This document shows positions 15,832 to 30,705 of a stretch of DNA of 64,000 bases, piece by piece. This stretch comes from Octopus vulgaris (lineage: Eukaryota): positions 84,010,001-84,074,000 of the forward strand of contig OX597816.1 in NCBI GenBank assembly GCA_951406725.2, in the 5' to 3' direction. The notes beneath the pieces are model-generated. The model was given only the letters and a program-made list of their open reading frames with translations. It did not search any database and was not told the DNA's origin. Both the position numbers and the translations under genes were made by a program. The number at the start of each line of letters is the position of its first letter. Position 1 is the stretch's first letter.

Positions 15832-17377
15832 GCCGAATTGGTCGAATTATCTGAGCGTCGGAGAGTTTCCTTGTAGCATTCGTTTCGGTGTTATGAGTTC
15901 AAATCTTACCGATGTTAACTTTACTTTTCTTCCTATCGGGGTCAATATGTAGAGTTACAAATGCAGCATCATACCTAAGCCTTTTCCTAGTCTCTTCGAT
16001 AGAGATCGACTGGAAAAGTATGTGTTCCACATATATTTCACTTGTTTCAGGTGTTGTTCTGTGGCCATGCTGGAGCAACGCCTTAAAGAGCTTGGTCGGA
16101 AAAATCGACCTCAGTAGTTACTTTAAAATTCTACTACTTATTCTATTGTTATCTTATGCCGAACTGCTAAGTTACAGGCACATAGAAAACCAGCACCAGT
16201 TGTCAGGCAGTAGTAGAGTACAACTCAAACACCGACACACACACACACACTCACACACGACAGGCTTCTTTGAGTTGCCGTCAACCAAATACTAAATCCA
16301 CTCACAAAGCTTTGATCGGCCCAGGGCTGTGGTGGAAGGAGACACTTGCTCAAGGTGTCACGCAATGGCACTGAACCCAAGAGCGAATGGTTTGGAAGCA
16401 AGCTTTTTACTGACAGATCCTTAAAAAAAAAAAAAAAAGAGAGGTCAGCAGCTTAACAACCTCATCAGGTGTTGAGGGTCGAACGCAAAGCGCATATATG
16501 CATACAAAAAGCAATAAAATAAAGTGCGCGCACACATTATTAAACTATCTCCCACTACCACTCACTCCGTCTCATAATTTAGTCTTCTACGATACTGAGT
16601 TTATTACATACAATACCACACAAGAGTTCATTATTGAATATCTACTCTCACCACTCCCTTCTTGCCTTCCCTCTTTCCCTATCGTCCATTTAGTACTTTT
16701 TTTTTCACATCGAACAATCGTAATTTTCTCTATATTAAGAAAAATCTATCTCCTACTACCACCCCTTCAGTAATATTACATCTCCCACTTCCATCATTCT
16801 GCCTATATTAAAATATCTCCCACTACTACCACTTCATTTGTATCACTAGATCATATACGACCACCGTCACTTCGTCTGTATAATCATAACTCCCACTCCT
16901 ACCATTTGGTCTGTATTATTATCTACTACCACCATCACCACAACTACTACAACTGCCCTGTCTATATTACATCTCCCACCCACATTACTTTTAAATATCA
17001 TCATCTCCCTCTTCCACAGTTATTTATCTCTCCCCACACCAATCACAACGTCCCTCCCACTCTCTCTTTCTATTTTATTAAACTCTCCTACTACGGCTGT
17101 CAACCTGTTTTTAATATCTCCACCTTGCATTCAAATTAATCTTTCAATTCTACATACACGACACACAGAGAGACGCTTTCTCTTTAAATATATATGTATG
17201 TCTACGAATAAACTCTTCCGCATATATTTTATTCTAATTGCATCTTTAATATTAACTCCACCCACTTTAATCGTTTCTCTGACTGTCCTTGGTTACATAC
17301 CATTCAATGACTAAATTCGTCCAATAAATTTACTCTACAACTCCCTCTCCTTATCAGTTTGTTTGATTAATTCTTTT

Positions 17378-18085
<708 letters not shown>

Positions 18086-18319
18086 TTTGCGTGTCGATTT
18101 TTCTGTCTGTCTATGTATGTATCTGTTATTTATCTGTCTGTGCATACAAAGTGCGCAACAACAGACATGTAGAGAAAATAATTTATGCAAGAGGTGTGGC
18201 TATGCGGTATGAAGTTTGCTTCCCAACCACATGGTTCTGAGTTCTGTCCCAATGTGAGATACTTTGGGTGTCCTCTATTATAACCACCTGGCAGTCAAAC
18301 TCTTGTGAGTGGATCCGAT

Positions 18320-18830
18320 CTTCATCTTCGGTTAACGTCCACTTTCCAAGCTGGTATGGGTTGGAAGCTTTGACTGGAAACTGGTAATCGGGGGTGGGGG
18401 GATGCCCCAGGTTCCACTCTGATTTGGTAAGGTATTCTAACGCCAAACACTCCAAGAGTGTTGTGGGTGCTTTTCACGTGCCACTGGCACGGGTACCATT
18501 GAGCTAACACAAGCATCAGTCCCGACTACGGTCTAACTTGGCTTCACAGGTCAACACAAGCACAGTATATTGTCAAAGGTCTTGGTCTCCCGTCACTGGC
18601 ACTATGAGGCCCAACGCTCGAATGGTGCTTTGTACGTACCACCGGCACGAGCGCCAGTCAGGCGTCACTGGCATCGGCCACAACTACGATTTCTCTCGGT
18701 TCGACAGGTCTTTACAAGCACAGCATATCGTCCAACGATAGAAGGGTGCTTTTAACGGGCTAGTTAAGCGACATTGGCACCGACCATAACTACGATCTCC
18801 GATCTCACTTGGCTTGACGAGTCCTCTCAA
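18320..18830 (-). mobile_element. GC-richer retroposon-like element with three tandem ~120-160-bp units, inserted in a SINE B copy
   Basis: Units start GGTGCTTT at about 18466, 18624 and 18745 and share ACTACG..TTGGCTT.ACAGGTC..CAAGCACAG; SINE B halves at 18190-18315 and 18900-19150. Confidence 0.6.
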
Positions 18831-18848
18831 ACATATGTGTGTATTTGT

Positions 18849-18914
<66 letters not shown>

Positions 18915-19273
18915 ATGTGTGTTTATATGTCTATGTTGTCTGTTTTTGTCCTCTATCACCGCTTGACAACCCGTGTTTTGCTGAAATATCTGTAACTTAG
19001 CAGTTCTGAAAAGAATAAATAAATAAATAAATAACCGCTGGATAGGTACCACTCTTTAAAATAAATAAGTACTAAGGACGATTCGTTCAACTAAAATTCG
19101 TGAAGATGGTGCCCCAGCATTGCCACAGCCTAGTAACAGTAACAAGTAAAGGATATAAGAAGCGATAATAAACACACAATTACAAGGTGAAGGGCAACGG
19201 AGTAGCATGCACATGTTCTTCATTATTTTGATTGCTTCATTAAACTGCGGTCATGCTCTTCACTCTCCCCATC

Positions 19274-19329
<56 letters not shown>

Positions 19330-19695
19330 TGTATGTATAAAGAATATATATATATAAATACAAAATGGGACAAGAACGCAAAACATTCAAATAATCTTGA
19401 CTGAAGATTAGAGGCTTCGAATGACCCGTCCGTTTTTTGTGTCGTATATTTGAATGTTTTGCGTTCTTGTCCCATTTTGTATTTTTGTATATTTTTTTAT
19501 ACATAAATTTTTGCGGCCTAACGTACACCTTGTTTTCTTATATGTATATATATATATATATGTATATACACACACACACACACACACATATATATATGTA
19601 ATTGCGCTTGCGCGGTGAATTTTGAAAAATTATAACATATAATGATGATACACGTGTTATTTGTCTCTAAATTATATGTTAATTGTTAAGGCACC

Positions 19696-19762
19696 GTTAC
19701 TGATGAGGATTCGCCTTGCAAATTATTTTATTTGCTAAAATAATCTGAAACCTAGGTATAAC
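19696..19762 (+). ncRNA. Type I hammerhead ribozyme, intact core
   Basis: GTTA-CTGATGA-GGATT..(GCAAAT/ATTTGC hairpin)..AATCT-GAAA-CCTAGG-TA-TAAC; palindromic stem III ACCTAGGT; predicted cleavage after 19758. Confidence 0.8.
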
Positions 19763-19921
19763 CGTAAAATCTAACAAGGTAAAAGTTTTTATATTTCATT
19801 CCCTTCGAAAATTGCTCTTAAATGTGTTTTTGGTCGTTTTTGACTACTTCTTCTAGCGTGTATAAATTACCTGTTAAAGGTAGTTTTTTCTTGTGCTTAA
19901 ATGTACACTATTTTATATTGA

Positions 19922-19985
<64 letters not shown>

Positions 19986-20022
19986 TTCCGATTCGTCGTT
20001 TCGTTCCACTTCTTGGTTCCTT

Positions 20023-20055
<33 letters not shown>

Positions 20056-20089
20056 CTCAATATAAAATAGTGTACATATATATGTATAT

Positions 20090-20287
20090 AGGGAAAATTC
20101 ACAAAAAGAAAAATAACAAAAGACGAAGACAGGTGGTGTTGACAACAAACAGATGTATTAGTTTAACGCTTGGAAAGTGAAGAAGTCTATAACGTTTCGA
20201 TCCTACGCTCTTCTACAGAAAGGAACACAGAAAGAAACAAGGAGAGATAATAAGGAATGTGTAGTGGCTAGCGATCTATCATGGCGA
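20090..20287 (-). mobile_element. Short HHR-bearing element, same family as 55672-55883
   Basis: Reverse complement of 55677-55880; HHR at 20187-20222 reads CTTT-CTGTAGA-A-GAGC-GTAG-GATC-GAAA-CG-TT-ATAG. Confidence 0.75.
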
Positions 20288-20740
20288 TGTGTGTGTGTAC
20301 ATGCGTGGTTGTGTGTGTGCGTGGGTGTGTCTGTGTCTGTGTGTCTGTTGTTGTCTCCCCAAACGTTGCTGGTGTGTTTACATCTCCGTAACTTAGTGGT
20401 TCGGTGAAAATGACCGACACAATAAGTCCTGGGGTCGATTTGTCTGGCTAAAACCCCATCTCAAAGCGGTGCTCCAGAATGGCCACAGTCAGATGACTGA
20501 AACAAGTAAAAGAAAAGGATATATATCTACACACACACTGACATGTTTACATATACACATACGCGTATATGTATATAGACATACACTTACATACACACAT
20601 TCACATACCTACACAGATACATACATTCACGAATATGTATATAAACACATGCACGCACGCATAAACACGCATAAATTCACATATATACACAAACAAATAC
20701 ACACATACATATACAAATATGCAGACATATATACACATAT

Positions 20741-21165
20741 AAAACTTAGATAAAACTTGGACATGTTTCGACCAAAGATTGGTCCAGGCTATGTCTAACT
20801 TAATAGCACAAACTGATAGGATTATCTAAATCCTCTTTAAACCAAGTTTTGTTTATGGTCCATTCAAGTAGTGAGTTCTTGTTGAATGAGTTGTATCCAG
20901 GTATGGGTGACTTGTCTGGTATTCCTTGAGGAAATCTGTCCAGACTCCGTTTAATGGTGATGGGATCCTTTTCCTTTTCGATCAGTTTTGGGACAATGTT
21001 AAACAGGCAGGGCCTGCTGAAGAAAAGAAACTGTGTCGCAGTGCACCTATATGTTGTGATCCTGAATTGGGCAGGGGACGTATGGCCCGTGGTCCCAGCT
21101 TTGGATGAACCTTGAAAGTAATGTTCAGGTCGTTTGGGCAATGCTGGACGTATATTCTCCACATC
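20741..21165 (-). mobile_element. 3' end of a CR1/L2-like LINE
   Basis: Peptide KVHPKLGPRAIRP..HIGALRHSFFSSAGPA/LFNIVPKLIEKEKDPITIKRSLDRFPQGIPDK..NSLLEW with a frameshift, followed by 3' UTR. Confidence 0.75.
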
Positions 21166-21316
21166 GAATGTATACAAGTACATATGCGCAAGCATATGCA
21201 CACATATGCCTGCAAGCATATGAACGCGTATAAATACATCCATGTACATGCGTGCATACAAACATACACACATACATATATACATACATACACACACACA
21301 CACATATATACATACA

Positions 21317-21368
<52 letters not shown>

Positions 21369-21380
21369 GAGAGAGAGAGA

Positions 21381-21638
21381 TAAACTTAGATATGTTTCGA
21401 CCAAAGATTGGTCAGGCCATGTCTAACTTTATAGCACCACCTGATAGGATTATCTAAATCCTTTTGAAGTCAAGTTTTGTTTATGGTCCATTCAAGTAGT
21501 GAGTTGAGTGAGCTGTATCCAGGTATGGGTGGCTTATCCTATATTCCTTGAAGAAATCTGTCCAGACTCCGTTTAAAGGTGATGGAATCCCTTTCCTCTT
21601 TAATCAGTTTTGGGACAATGTTAAACAGGGCAGGGCCT
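21381..21638 (-). mobile_element. Second copy of the same LINE 3' end
   Basis: Closely similar to 20750-21015. Confidence 0.8.
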
Positions 21639-21744
21639 ACACACATGCACATATATATACACACACATACATACGTGCATAAATATATGCAAGAAATGTT
21701 ATGTACTCCTTAAGTCTAAATCTTATGTCTAATGTGCCAATGTA

Positions 21745-21790
21745 GAACTAGACTGATGAAGTCTATCGAGGAAGAAACATGTCGCATCTA
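21745..21790 (+). ncRNA. Degenerate hammerhead ribozyme
   Basis: CTGATGA at 21753, GAAA at 21774, palindromic stem III ACATGT and a GTC triplet; stems I and II are weak. Confidence 0.45.
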
Positions 21791-21979
21791 CCTTCTTTTG
21801 TTCGTAATAAGCAAAATCAAGTGTTTTTTCTCATTAGCAGATCAGTTCTACCTGCCACTTCATCTAATTTGTTTTGCTATTTTTCAAGTGGCTAATGGAG
21901 ACGAAGAGAGAAATGACAACAAAGACATGGGCAACGATGTTGATGTTGATTATTGTTATCGCCACCAGGCGATGCCGTC

Positions 21980-22330
21980 AGCGATGATGATGTTAATGAG
22001 GAAGAGGTCGATGACGAAGATGGGGATGATGACAATGGTGATGATGGTGATAACGACGACAAATGATGATGATGTACGACGACGACGATGATGATGATGA
22101 TGATGACAATGATAATGACAACGACGACGATGATGATGACGACGACGATGTTGATGATGATGATGACAACGGCAATGATGATGATGACGACGACAACGAC
22201 GATGATGATGATGACGATCACGACGACGACGACGACGATGATGATGATGATGATGATGACAACGACGACGATGATGATGATGATGACGACGACGATAATG
22301 TTGTTGATGATGATGATGATAATTACGATG
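21980..22330. repeat. (GAT/GAC)n trinucleotide array
   Basis: Direct reading; source of the poly-D, poly-M and poly-H ORFs. Confidence 0.95.
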
Positions 22331-23634
22331 GTGGTGGTGGGGATCATGATGTTGTTGGTAATGCTTGTGGAAAGAAGGGAGACGTAACCATAATGTTAAT
22401 GATTGAAATGATAATGCTGACAATTAGCGCCTAAAAATGGGAGGCAGATCCTCTCGAGGTTGACTACAACCGTAATATCCCTTCTACAATCACCATCATC
22501 ACCATCATCCCCACAAACACCGCCGCCATCACAACTATATCTAACGCCACCATCATCACCATCACCACAACTATCGCTATCACCAACACCACTACACCAC
22601 TAGCATGACTCCTACCATCCCTTCACTCTCTCCATAAAAATTATAACCAGATCCATCAAAACCTCTACCACCTTAATTACTACCACCGCCACTAAGGCTA
22701 TGACAATAACCATCAACATCATCACCAACACCACCGACACTATCTTCATCATCATTTTCACCCACAACGATGTCAAGGGGGCGAGCAGCACGAAAAGGTT
22801 TGGGAATCACTGCACTATAACAACAGAAACAGTAAAAAAAATCACCATAAAAGGGTAGTATTAATCAATTCAGTCAACAAACCCCACTGTATACCAGCTG
22901 ACCAGTCGTTGGGTTCAGAGTTTATTGAGAAAAGTCACTTTTTGAATAAAATAGAACCAAGAAATGTGCTAACATCCTTAAACATGCTAAATGAATGACC
23001 ATCCTTAAAATCTGCAGAATGATTGGAAAATAAATCCACCACCACACCCATCCCCATATTACTATCATTCCTTCCTCTACTCCCATCATCTACTTGTCTT
23101 CTACCAAGTACACTCAGAAATACTCACATAGGTAGATTGGCCTTCATACTGGCATGAAGGGATAAACATCTCTCTGCGATTCATCCACTAATGCAGTATC
23201 GTCTGATGAAATGGATCAATGATGATGATCAACCAGATTCCCACAGATACTACGGACTTTACTGTACTCATCCCAAAGACTCTCATGTTAAAGTCATGTG
23301 ATTTGTGGAAACGAGCGTAGCAATGAATTAAATATTTATAAATTCTATCCAAGATTTACTGTTATTACATATATACATACATACATACATACACAAACAC
23401 ACATACATACACACACACATATACATACCTACATGCACACGTCTGTGTATATAAATCGGGAAGACTGACGGGTTTGAGTATGGGATATATTATGCAAAGA
23501 GAAATTTTGTATAATAGTTTGTAGTTACAATAAAATATCCTACATGGCTCACAGTAAGTGGAAAATGAGGCGGAATGTTTGGAATGTCTCATCAATCATG
23601 GATAATACATAGGTATGTGCAACATTTCAGTGTG

Positions 23635-23668
<34 letters not shown>

Positions 23669-23677
23669 TATATACGT

Positions 23678-23741
<64 letters not shown>

Positions 23742-23820
23742 TGTTTGACTACTCCATATTCAGAATCTGACCACCTCCTGTACCTACACCTCAGATCTAT
23801 TGCAGCGTCTAATGTGGCTT

Positions 23821-23868
<48 letters not shown>

Positions 23869-24878
23869 AAAAAGTCGGCAGAATTTCGGAAAATTTTTTT
23901 TTATTTCTTTATTATTTTTAGCGCTTTTCTTCGTTTCTCGAATTTGCCAAATAAAATTTGGTTTATGTACAAACAGCTTCTTCATTTATATAGAACAAGT
24001 GTTTTTGGGGGGTTTTGTTTGGAAGTGTATATATATAAATATATATACGTATACATATATATATGTAAGTATATATATATATATATATGTACATATATAC
24101 TATATATGCACTCACACAATATATGTATATATTTCCTACATATGTATATATACGCTCTATGTCTATCGGAACACCATTAGGTATGCATATATGTATTCAT
24201 TACGCACACATACACACACACAGGCACGCACATAACTACCTAAAAACGCGCGTATTTGCGGAATAACAACTATAATAAGCTGTCGCATTTTGAACTGCAT
24301 TGTATAAGTGTATGTATTTTGAAAATGATATGCGAATAGCTTCTACTGCGGCATAATTTTTCTGTAACACAAAATTTTCATTTTGTGTGAAGCCCTTAAT
24401 GAATCTTAGCCAATATCTTCAATTTATGGAGTTGTGCACTATTCTTTCATCCTTCAGCTTTCATTAGTACATTGACAGTGAAGTGGCGTTTATCTCTTCG
24501 GCTGAAAGTATGCCTATGGCGTGTGAAGTATGTCTTAAATGAGATTCCCGTCAGACTCATTCATACAATCCTCCGATTACACATCAGTTTTCGAGTAAAA
24601 CTCTTTCAAAATTCATAATGTATGTTATTGAGAGAACTGTGACTGTCTTGAAGTGGATTGTATATAACTACTTAGCTGTGAATAAAGTTTTCAGGCTGCA
24701 TGTTGCCAAGACATCTAAAGGTAAAGTTAAATGGTTTTTTACGAATAAATATTTCAGTATCCAAACTTTAGTCAAATATGAAGAGGGAACGGATCTACGA
24801 TATTTAAAAAGATCACCAGAAAAGTATGCACGATATTCACAGTGTGACATCCTCAAGAAATGGAGGACCGAAGGGCAA

Positions 24879-24916
<38 letters not shown>

Positions 24917-25078
24917 ACACACACCTACGCAACAGAAGAACATACATATGTGAATGTGATTGTATTTGCCTATACTATAATTTGTATATATATTATGAAA
25001 ATATGTTTCCACATCTATCTATCTATCCATCTAGCTAGCTATCTATATATGTATGTATCTATATACAAGTAGATGTTT

Positions 25079-25117
<39 letters not shown>

Positions 25118-25292
25118 GCATACATATATATGTATATATATATATGTATATGTATATTTGTATATGTATATGTATATATACATGCATGTAAATATGTATA
25201 TATATATATACATATATATGCATATATGTGTGTACATATATTATTTTTAACTTCGAAGAATTTGAATTAAATCCATATACATACATGTATAC

Positions 25293-25333
<41 letters not shown>

Positions 25334-25666
25334 ATATACTATATATATGTATATATATATATATTATATACACACACACACACATATATATATATATACG
25401 TATACTTGTATGCATATACATGTACGTGTATTGCTATGTTAAAATCCTGTTTTGGCATGTTAAGGTAACCTTACCAGCATCATTGTTACATGGGCGTGTA
25501 TCTAACATATTAATATCAATATCAGTTATTAGTTTTTATTTCATTGTGAATGATTGTTATAAGTAAAAAAACCCAATCTTTCCTACTGTCATATGATATA
25601 TACATATGTATATGTAATTATGCGCGCACACACACATACATACATACATCATACATACATATATAC

Positions 25667-25908
<242 letters not shown>

Positions 25909-26293
25909 TGTACATGCTTCCGTTTATGTATGCGTATTTGTGAAAGCTATATTTTGTTCTCTATATCATTTTGTATTATCGTCATCAAAATCTCATGCAT
26001 CATATTTAACTTCAACAATAGGTATTTATGTACATGTAGAGAACCCTGGATTCCATAAGTTAAATGAGCTCTATCGATAATAAAGCGAACCCTCGCTGTT
26101 TTACATGATATATATATATTTATATTTATACATGTGTGTGTGCGGGTGTGCGTGTGTATGTGTGTGTACTTGTGCGTATGTTTAAGTGCGTGCGTGCGTG
26201 TGTGTATGTGTGTCTGTGTGTGTGTCTGTGTGTGTCGTGTGTGTGTGTGTATTACAGCCTGTCAAACTGTTCTCTATAAACTGAACAAAAAAA

Positions 26294-26340
26294 TTGACTT
26301 ATTCGACTTTCGGACCTTATTGCGGTTTCATCAGAGGTAA
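26294..26340 (-). ncRNA. Degenerate hammerhead ribozyme
   Basis: Minus strand: TTACCT-CTGATGA-AACC-GCAATAA-GGTCC-GAAA-GTCGAA-TA-AGTCAA. Core intact, stem III near-palindromic, stem I mismatched. Confidence 0.55.
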
Positions 26341-27157
26341 TGACATCTCTTGAATAATGCATATCAAATCTAGTAGATTCAGGGAACTAGAATTACTAAT
26401 AAAGTGTTTTACACTTTATTTAAAATCAGCGCAATTTCAAGAGGGTACTCAGTCAACACAGAATCAAGGTATGATGTAATATATGTAGATCGTCAAGGTA
26501 GGAATGAAAAAATGTAATATTTAACTATTTCTTCGTGCAGATTTAATCAATTGCGATCACTTACTGGAGTCTCATCGAAAGTATCTACATCTCTCGAACA
26601 ATTCCAGAAAAGCAAGTAGCTATTCTATTTATACGCATCTCAAGTCTCGTTGCTTTAAAGATTCCTATGTTGTTGCATGTCGAAATATAAACATTTTTTG
26701 CAACATTTAAATGTCTGAAGTTATGAAATATTTAATGTCGTCCATTTTCTATGTAATTATACTTCGTAGAAAGAGAAAAACTACAGCTAAGATATTTACT
26801 TATTAAAAAATATATAAAATCGTACTCGATCAAGAACATTAGATAAGAACCACTTCCTGTTATATAAACATACATGTAATCACAGTGACGCATGTGTGTG
26901 TGCTTCACAAAAAAAAGAAAGAAAGAGAGCGAGAGATAAAGGGAGAATTGAAGAGGGAGTAAGTCAGATCAAAAGAGAACGAGTCGCAAAATGTATGATT
27001 TCGAAATATGAATATGATAGTTTTAAACAAAAAGAGTGAAAAAGAGAAAGAAAGAGTGAGAGAAATATTGTAACATACCTTTTTGGGGGGCTGCTTTGTT
27101 ATTGTTTTTTCTTAGCTCCTTTCTAACACCCTACAGATTTTTCTCCTTTGAATATCC

Positions 27158-27555
27158 TTTCTACTAAAAGCACAAAGCCTCAGATTTTTGGAGAGGGGAC
27201 TAATTGATTACATCAACTGCAGTATTTCGCTGGTACTTATTTAATCGACCCCGAAAGGATGAAAGGCAAAGTCGACCTCGGACGAATTTGAACTCAGAAC
27301 GTAGCGGCAGACGAAATACCTATTTCTTTACTACCCACAAGGGTCCAAACACAGAGAGGACAAACTGGGACAGACAAACGGATTAAGTCGATTATATCGA
27401 CCCCAGTGCGTAACTGGTACTTATTTAATCGACCCCAAAAGGATGAAAGGCAAAGTCGACCTCGGCAGAATTTGAACTCAGAACGTAGCGGCAGACGAAA
27501 TGCCGCTAAGCATTTCGCCCGGCGTGCTAACGTTTCTGACAGCTCGCCGCCTTAT
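27158..27555 (-). mobile_element. SINE family A, two-unit form
   Basis: Same head and units as 301-718; flanking TTTGAATATC direct repeat. Confidence 0.85.
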
Positions 27556-27644
27556 CACATTTGAATATCAGTGGTTTAGAAACTGCAATAAAGAGAAAAG
27601 GATAAGCTGACATTTTTTTGTCTTTTACTTATCGTTAGACAAGT

Positions 27645-27681
<37 letters not shown>

Positions 27682-27961
27682 TTTCTAAGCCTGGTACTTA
27701 TTCTATCGGTATATTTTGTTGAACCGCTTTATTACGGGGACGTAAACACTTAACCACCGGTGTTGGTAAACACTCGGTTGTTTAGTGGTGGAGGAAGACA
27801 AGCACAAGCACAAGGGAAGACATACACACTCACATATATACGACAGGCTTCTTTCAGTTTCCAAAGATTTTGAGGAACTAAACTCAGCACGCTGTGGATA
27901 AGAAGCAAATTTCTTACCACACAGCCACGCCAGCATGTCTCATTAAAAAAAAATTAAATCT

Positions 27962-28358
27962 TACTCTTTTACTTTTTTCGGTCATTTGATTGCGGCATGC
28001 TGGAGCACCGCCTTTAGTCGAGCAAATCGACCCCAGGACTTATTCTTTGTAAGCCTAGTACTTATTCTATCACTCTCTTTTGCTGAACCGCTGATGTTGT
28101 GGGACAGATATAGACACACAAACATCACACACATGTTGTGTGGACACACACACACACACAAACATACACACACACGCACACACACATACATATATACGAC
28201 GGGCTTCTTTCAATTTCCATTTACCAAATCCACTCACAAGGCTTTGGTCGGCCCGAGGCTATAGTAGAAGACACTTGCCCATGGTGCCACGTAGTGAGAC
28301 TGAACCCAGAACCATGTGGTTCGGAAGCAAGCTACTTACCACACAGTCACTCCTACGC
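27962..28358 (-). mobile_element. SINE family B
   Basis: Reverse complement of 42351-42782 with a small deletion. Confidence 0.85.
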
Positions 28359-29929
28359 TCTTAAAAGCTATTTATAAATGGAACCTCAATAATACGAAAT
28401 TTACTGCTCAGATTATCCTTTTGCATTTGTAAATTACATTTTCATTTTTAAATTGAAACTGAATAAAAAAAAATTGTTTTGAAGTTTTCGAAAGTGAAAC
28501 CTCTTATTCTTTGTAATATATCTACACAATTCAGATGAAATATACAACCATATCTTTTTGAGTTACGCCTCTTTCAAGTTTAACATTTTTTTAAAGAAAT
28601 TAATGAGAAAAAAGTCAATCTCAATTTCAGTCGATTTAAAGCAGAAAATATAAAAACATAAAGAAAATCACATAAGAACCAATATCAACGAGGAAAAGCA
28701 AATAAAATACATGTGAAAATATGTACAAACCTTTCATTAACACAGATATGAACTAGTAATTTAAAAAAAAATCTACGTTACGTCCTTTTCGAGTCAAGTC
28801 TCATGTCTTGGAAACAGTTACCGACGTAAGTTGAGGTATGCTTTTGCGTATGTGTTGTTTGTGTGTGTGTGTGTGTGTACACGTATATAAATGTGTGTAT
28901 GTATAAAGTACTTCTGCTGTAAATCCACTAACTCAGTTCTTGATTAAAACGAATAAAGATTTATTAAAGTTAAAACTAATTCAAATAAATTTTGCTGATT
29001 CTGATTTTCAAATCATAAATAACGAAAACCGCTTTTCCTTTTTTATTTAGAAATAAAGAAACGGTGCGATAAAAAATCAGAAAAATTAGACTGAGGATTA
29101 GAACACCGCGCTAAAACAAGTGCATCGGAAGATTAAAGGGATATTGAAGAAGAAAAGAAATGAAAATTTGAGTCACAATGGAACAGTATACCTCAGTTGT
29201 GTGATTAAGAAGCTCTCTTTGCAACCGTGTGGTTTCGGGTCCAGTTTCCCTGTGCAGCACCTTAGCAGGTGTCTTCTGCTATAGTCCAATGACTTGTGAG
29301 TAAATTTGGTAGGTGAAAACTATAAGGAAGCCTATCATGTATGTGTGTATGTGTCCCTGTCCTTTCACCGCTTTGTGAATAGGTTTTGTTGGTTTACGTA
29401 CATCCCTGTACCTCGGCGGTTCAGCATAAATAACCAATATAATAAGTACCAGACTTAAAAAATAAGTATTGTGGTCGAACACTTTGGCTAAGACCCTCTC
29501 AAGGTGATGCCTTAGCTTGGCGCTACTCCAATGACTAAAACATGTCAAAGACATGATCTGTGTTTTCTGTCATTTTATTACAATTCTCATTCTTTCTACA
29601 TTTATTCTTTTGCCTACTCTCTGTTTTACCCTTACAGTAATTCAATGCCAGCATATTTTTAGTCATGGATTGTTTGTGACGCATGTAGACCTGTGTCAAA
29701 TTTGGTAAAGATATGTTGAGAAAAGGTGACATATTTTCAAGGATGATGACATTTTCCCGCTTACTACACGGGGCATGAAACATTGCATCACAGTTCGGAA
29801 CTGTTTCTGTCACAAACCTCCGATCGCCCAAAGACAGGCGAGCAGAGACCTGTGAAAGTAAGCCTGAAGAACAGTGAGTGAAAAGAAGCGGAGAGTATTG
29901 ATTTCATATTTTGGAATAAGGTCAATTAT

Positions 29930-30705
29930 TTCGGGTGAGGGGTTAGTTGAATACATCGACCCTCATCCTGAGTACTTAACAACTACTTATTTTATCGACG
30001 CTGAAATGATGAAAGGAAAAGTCGACTTCAGCAGAATATGAACTTAGAACATAAAGACGGGATGAAATGCTGCTAAATATTCTGCCCGGCGTGCTAACGA
30101 TTCCTTTCTTCTCTAGGCCCAAGGCCAGAAATTTTGGGGGAGGGGCCAGTCGATAAGATCGCAACTGGTACTTAATTTGTCGACCCCGAAAAGACGAGAG
30201 GCAAAGTCGACCTCGGCGGAATTTGAACTCAGAACGTAACGGCAATACCTATTTCTTTACTACCCACAAGGGGCTAAAACAGAGAGGACAAACAAGGACA
30301 GATAAACGGATTAAGTCGATTATATCGACTCCAGTGCGTAATTGGTACTTAATTTATCGACCCCGAAAGGATGAAAGGTGAAGTCGACATCGGCGGAATT
30401 TGAACTCAGAACGTAAAGACAGACGAAATACCTATTTCTTTACTACCCACAAGGGGCTAAACACAGATAAGACAAACAAGGACAGACAAACGGATTAAGT
30501 CGATTATATCGACCCCAGTGCGTAACTGGTACTTAATTTATCGACCCCGAAAGGATGAAAGGCAAAGTCGACCTCGGCAGAATTCGAACTCAAAACGTAA
30601 CGCAGACGAAATACCGCTAAGCATTTCGCCCGGCGTGCTAACGTTTCTGCCAGCTCGCCGCTAAGTTCTTCGTCTGGCGTGCTAATGTTTCTACCAGCTC
30701 TTCGT
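29930..30705 (-). mobile_element. SINE family A three-unit form (about 30105-30661) nested with an older family A copy
   Basis: Three successive ATCGACCCCGAAAGGATGAAAGG...GAACTCAG units before one head; degraded units flank it. Confidence 0.85.

Noticed and set aside
21892-22434. Poly-Asp/His/Met ORFs resembling acidic matrix proteins
   Set aside because: Trinucleotide repeat open in nearly all frames with no unique coding context.
30105-30661. Regularly spaced repeats suggesting a CRISPR-like array
   Set aside because: Intervening sequences are also repeated; these are tandem SINE units.
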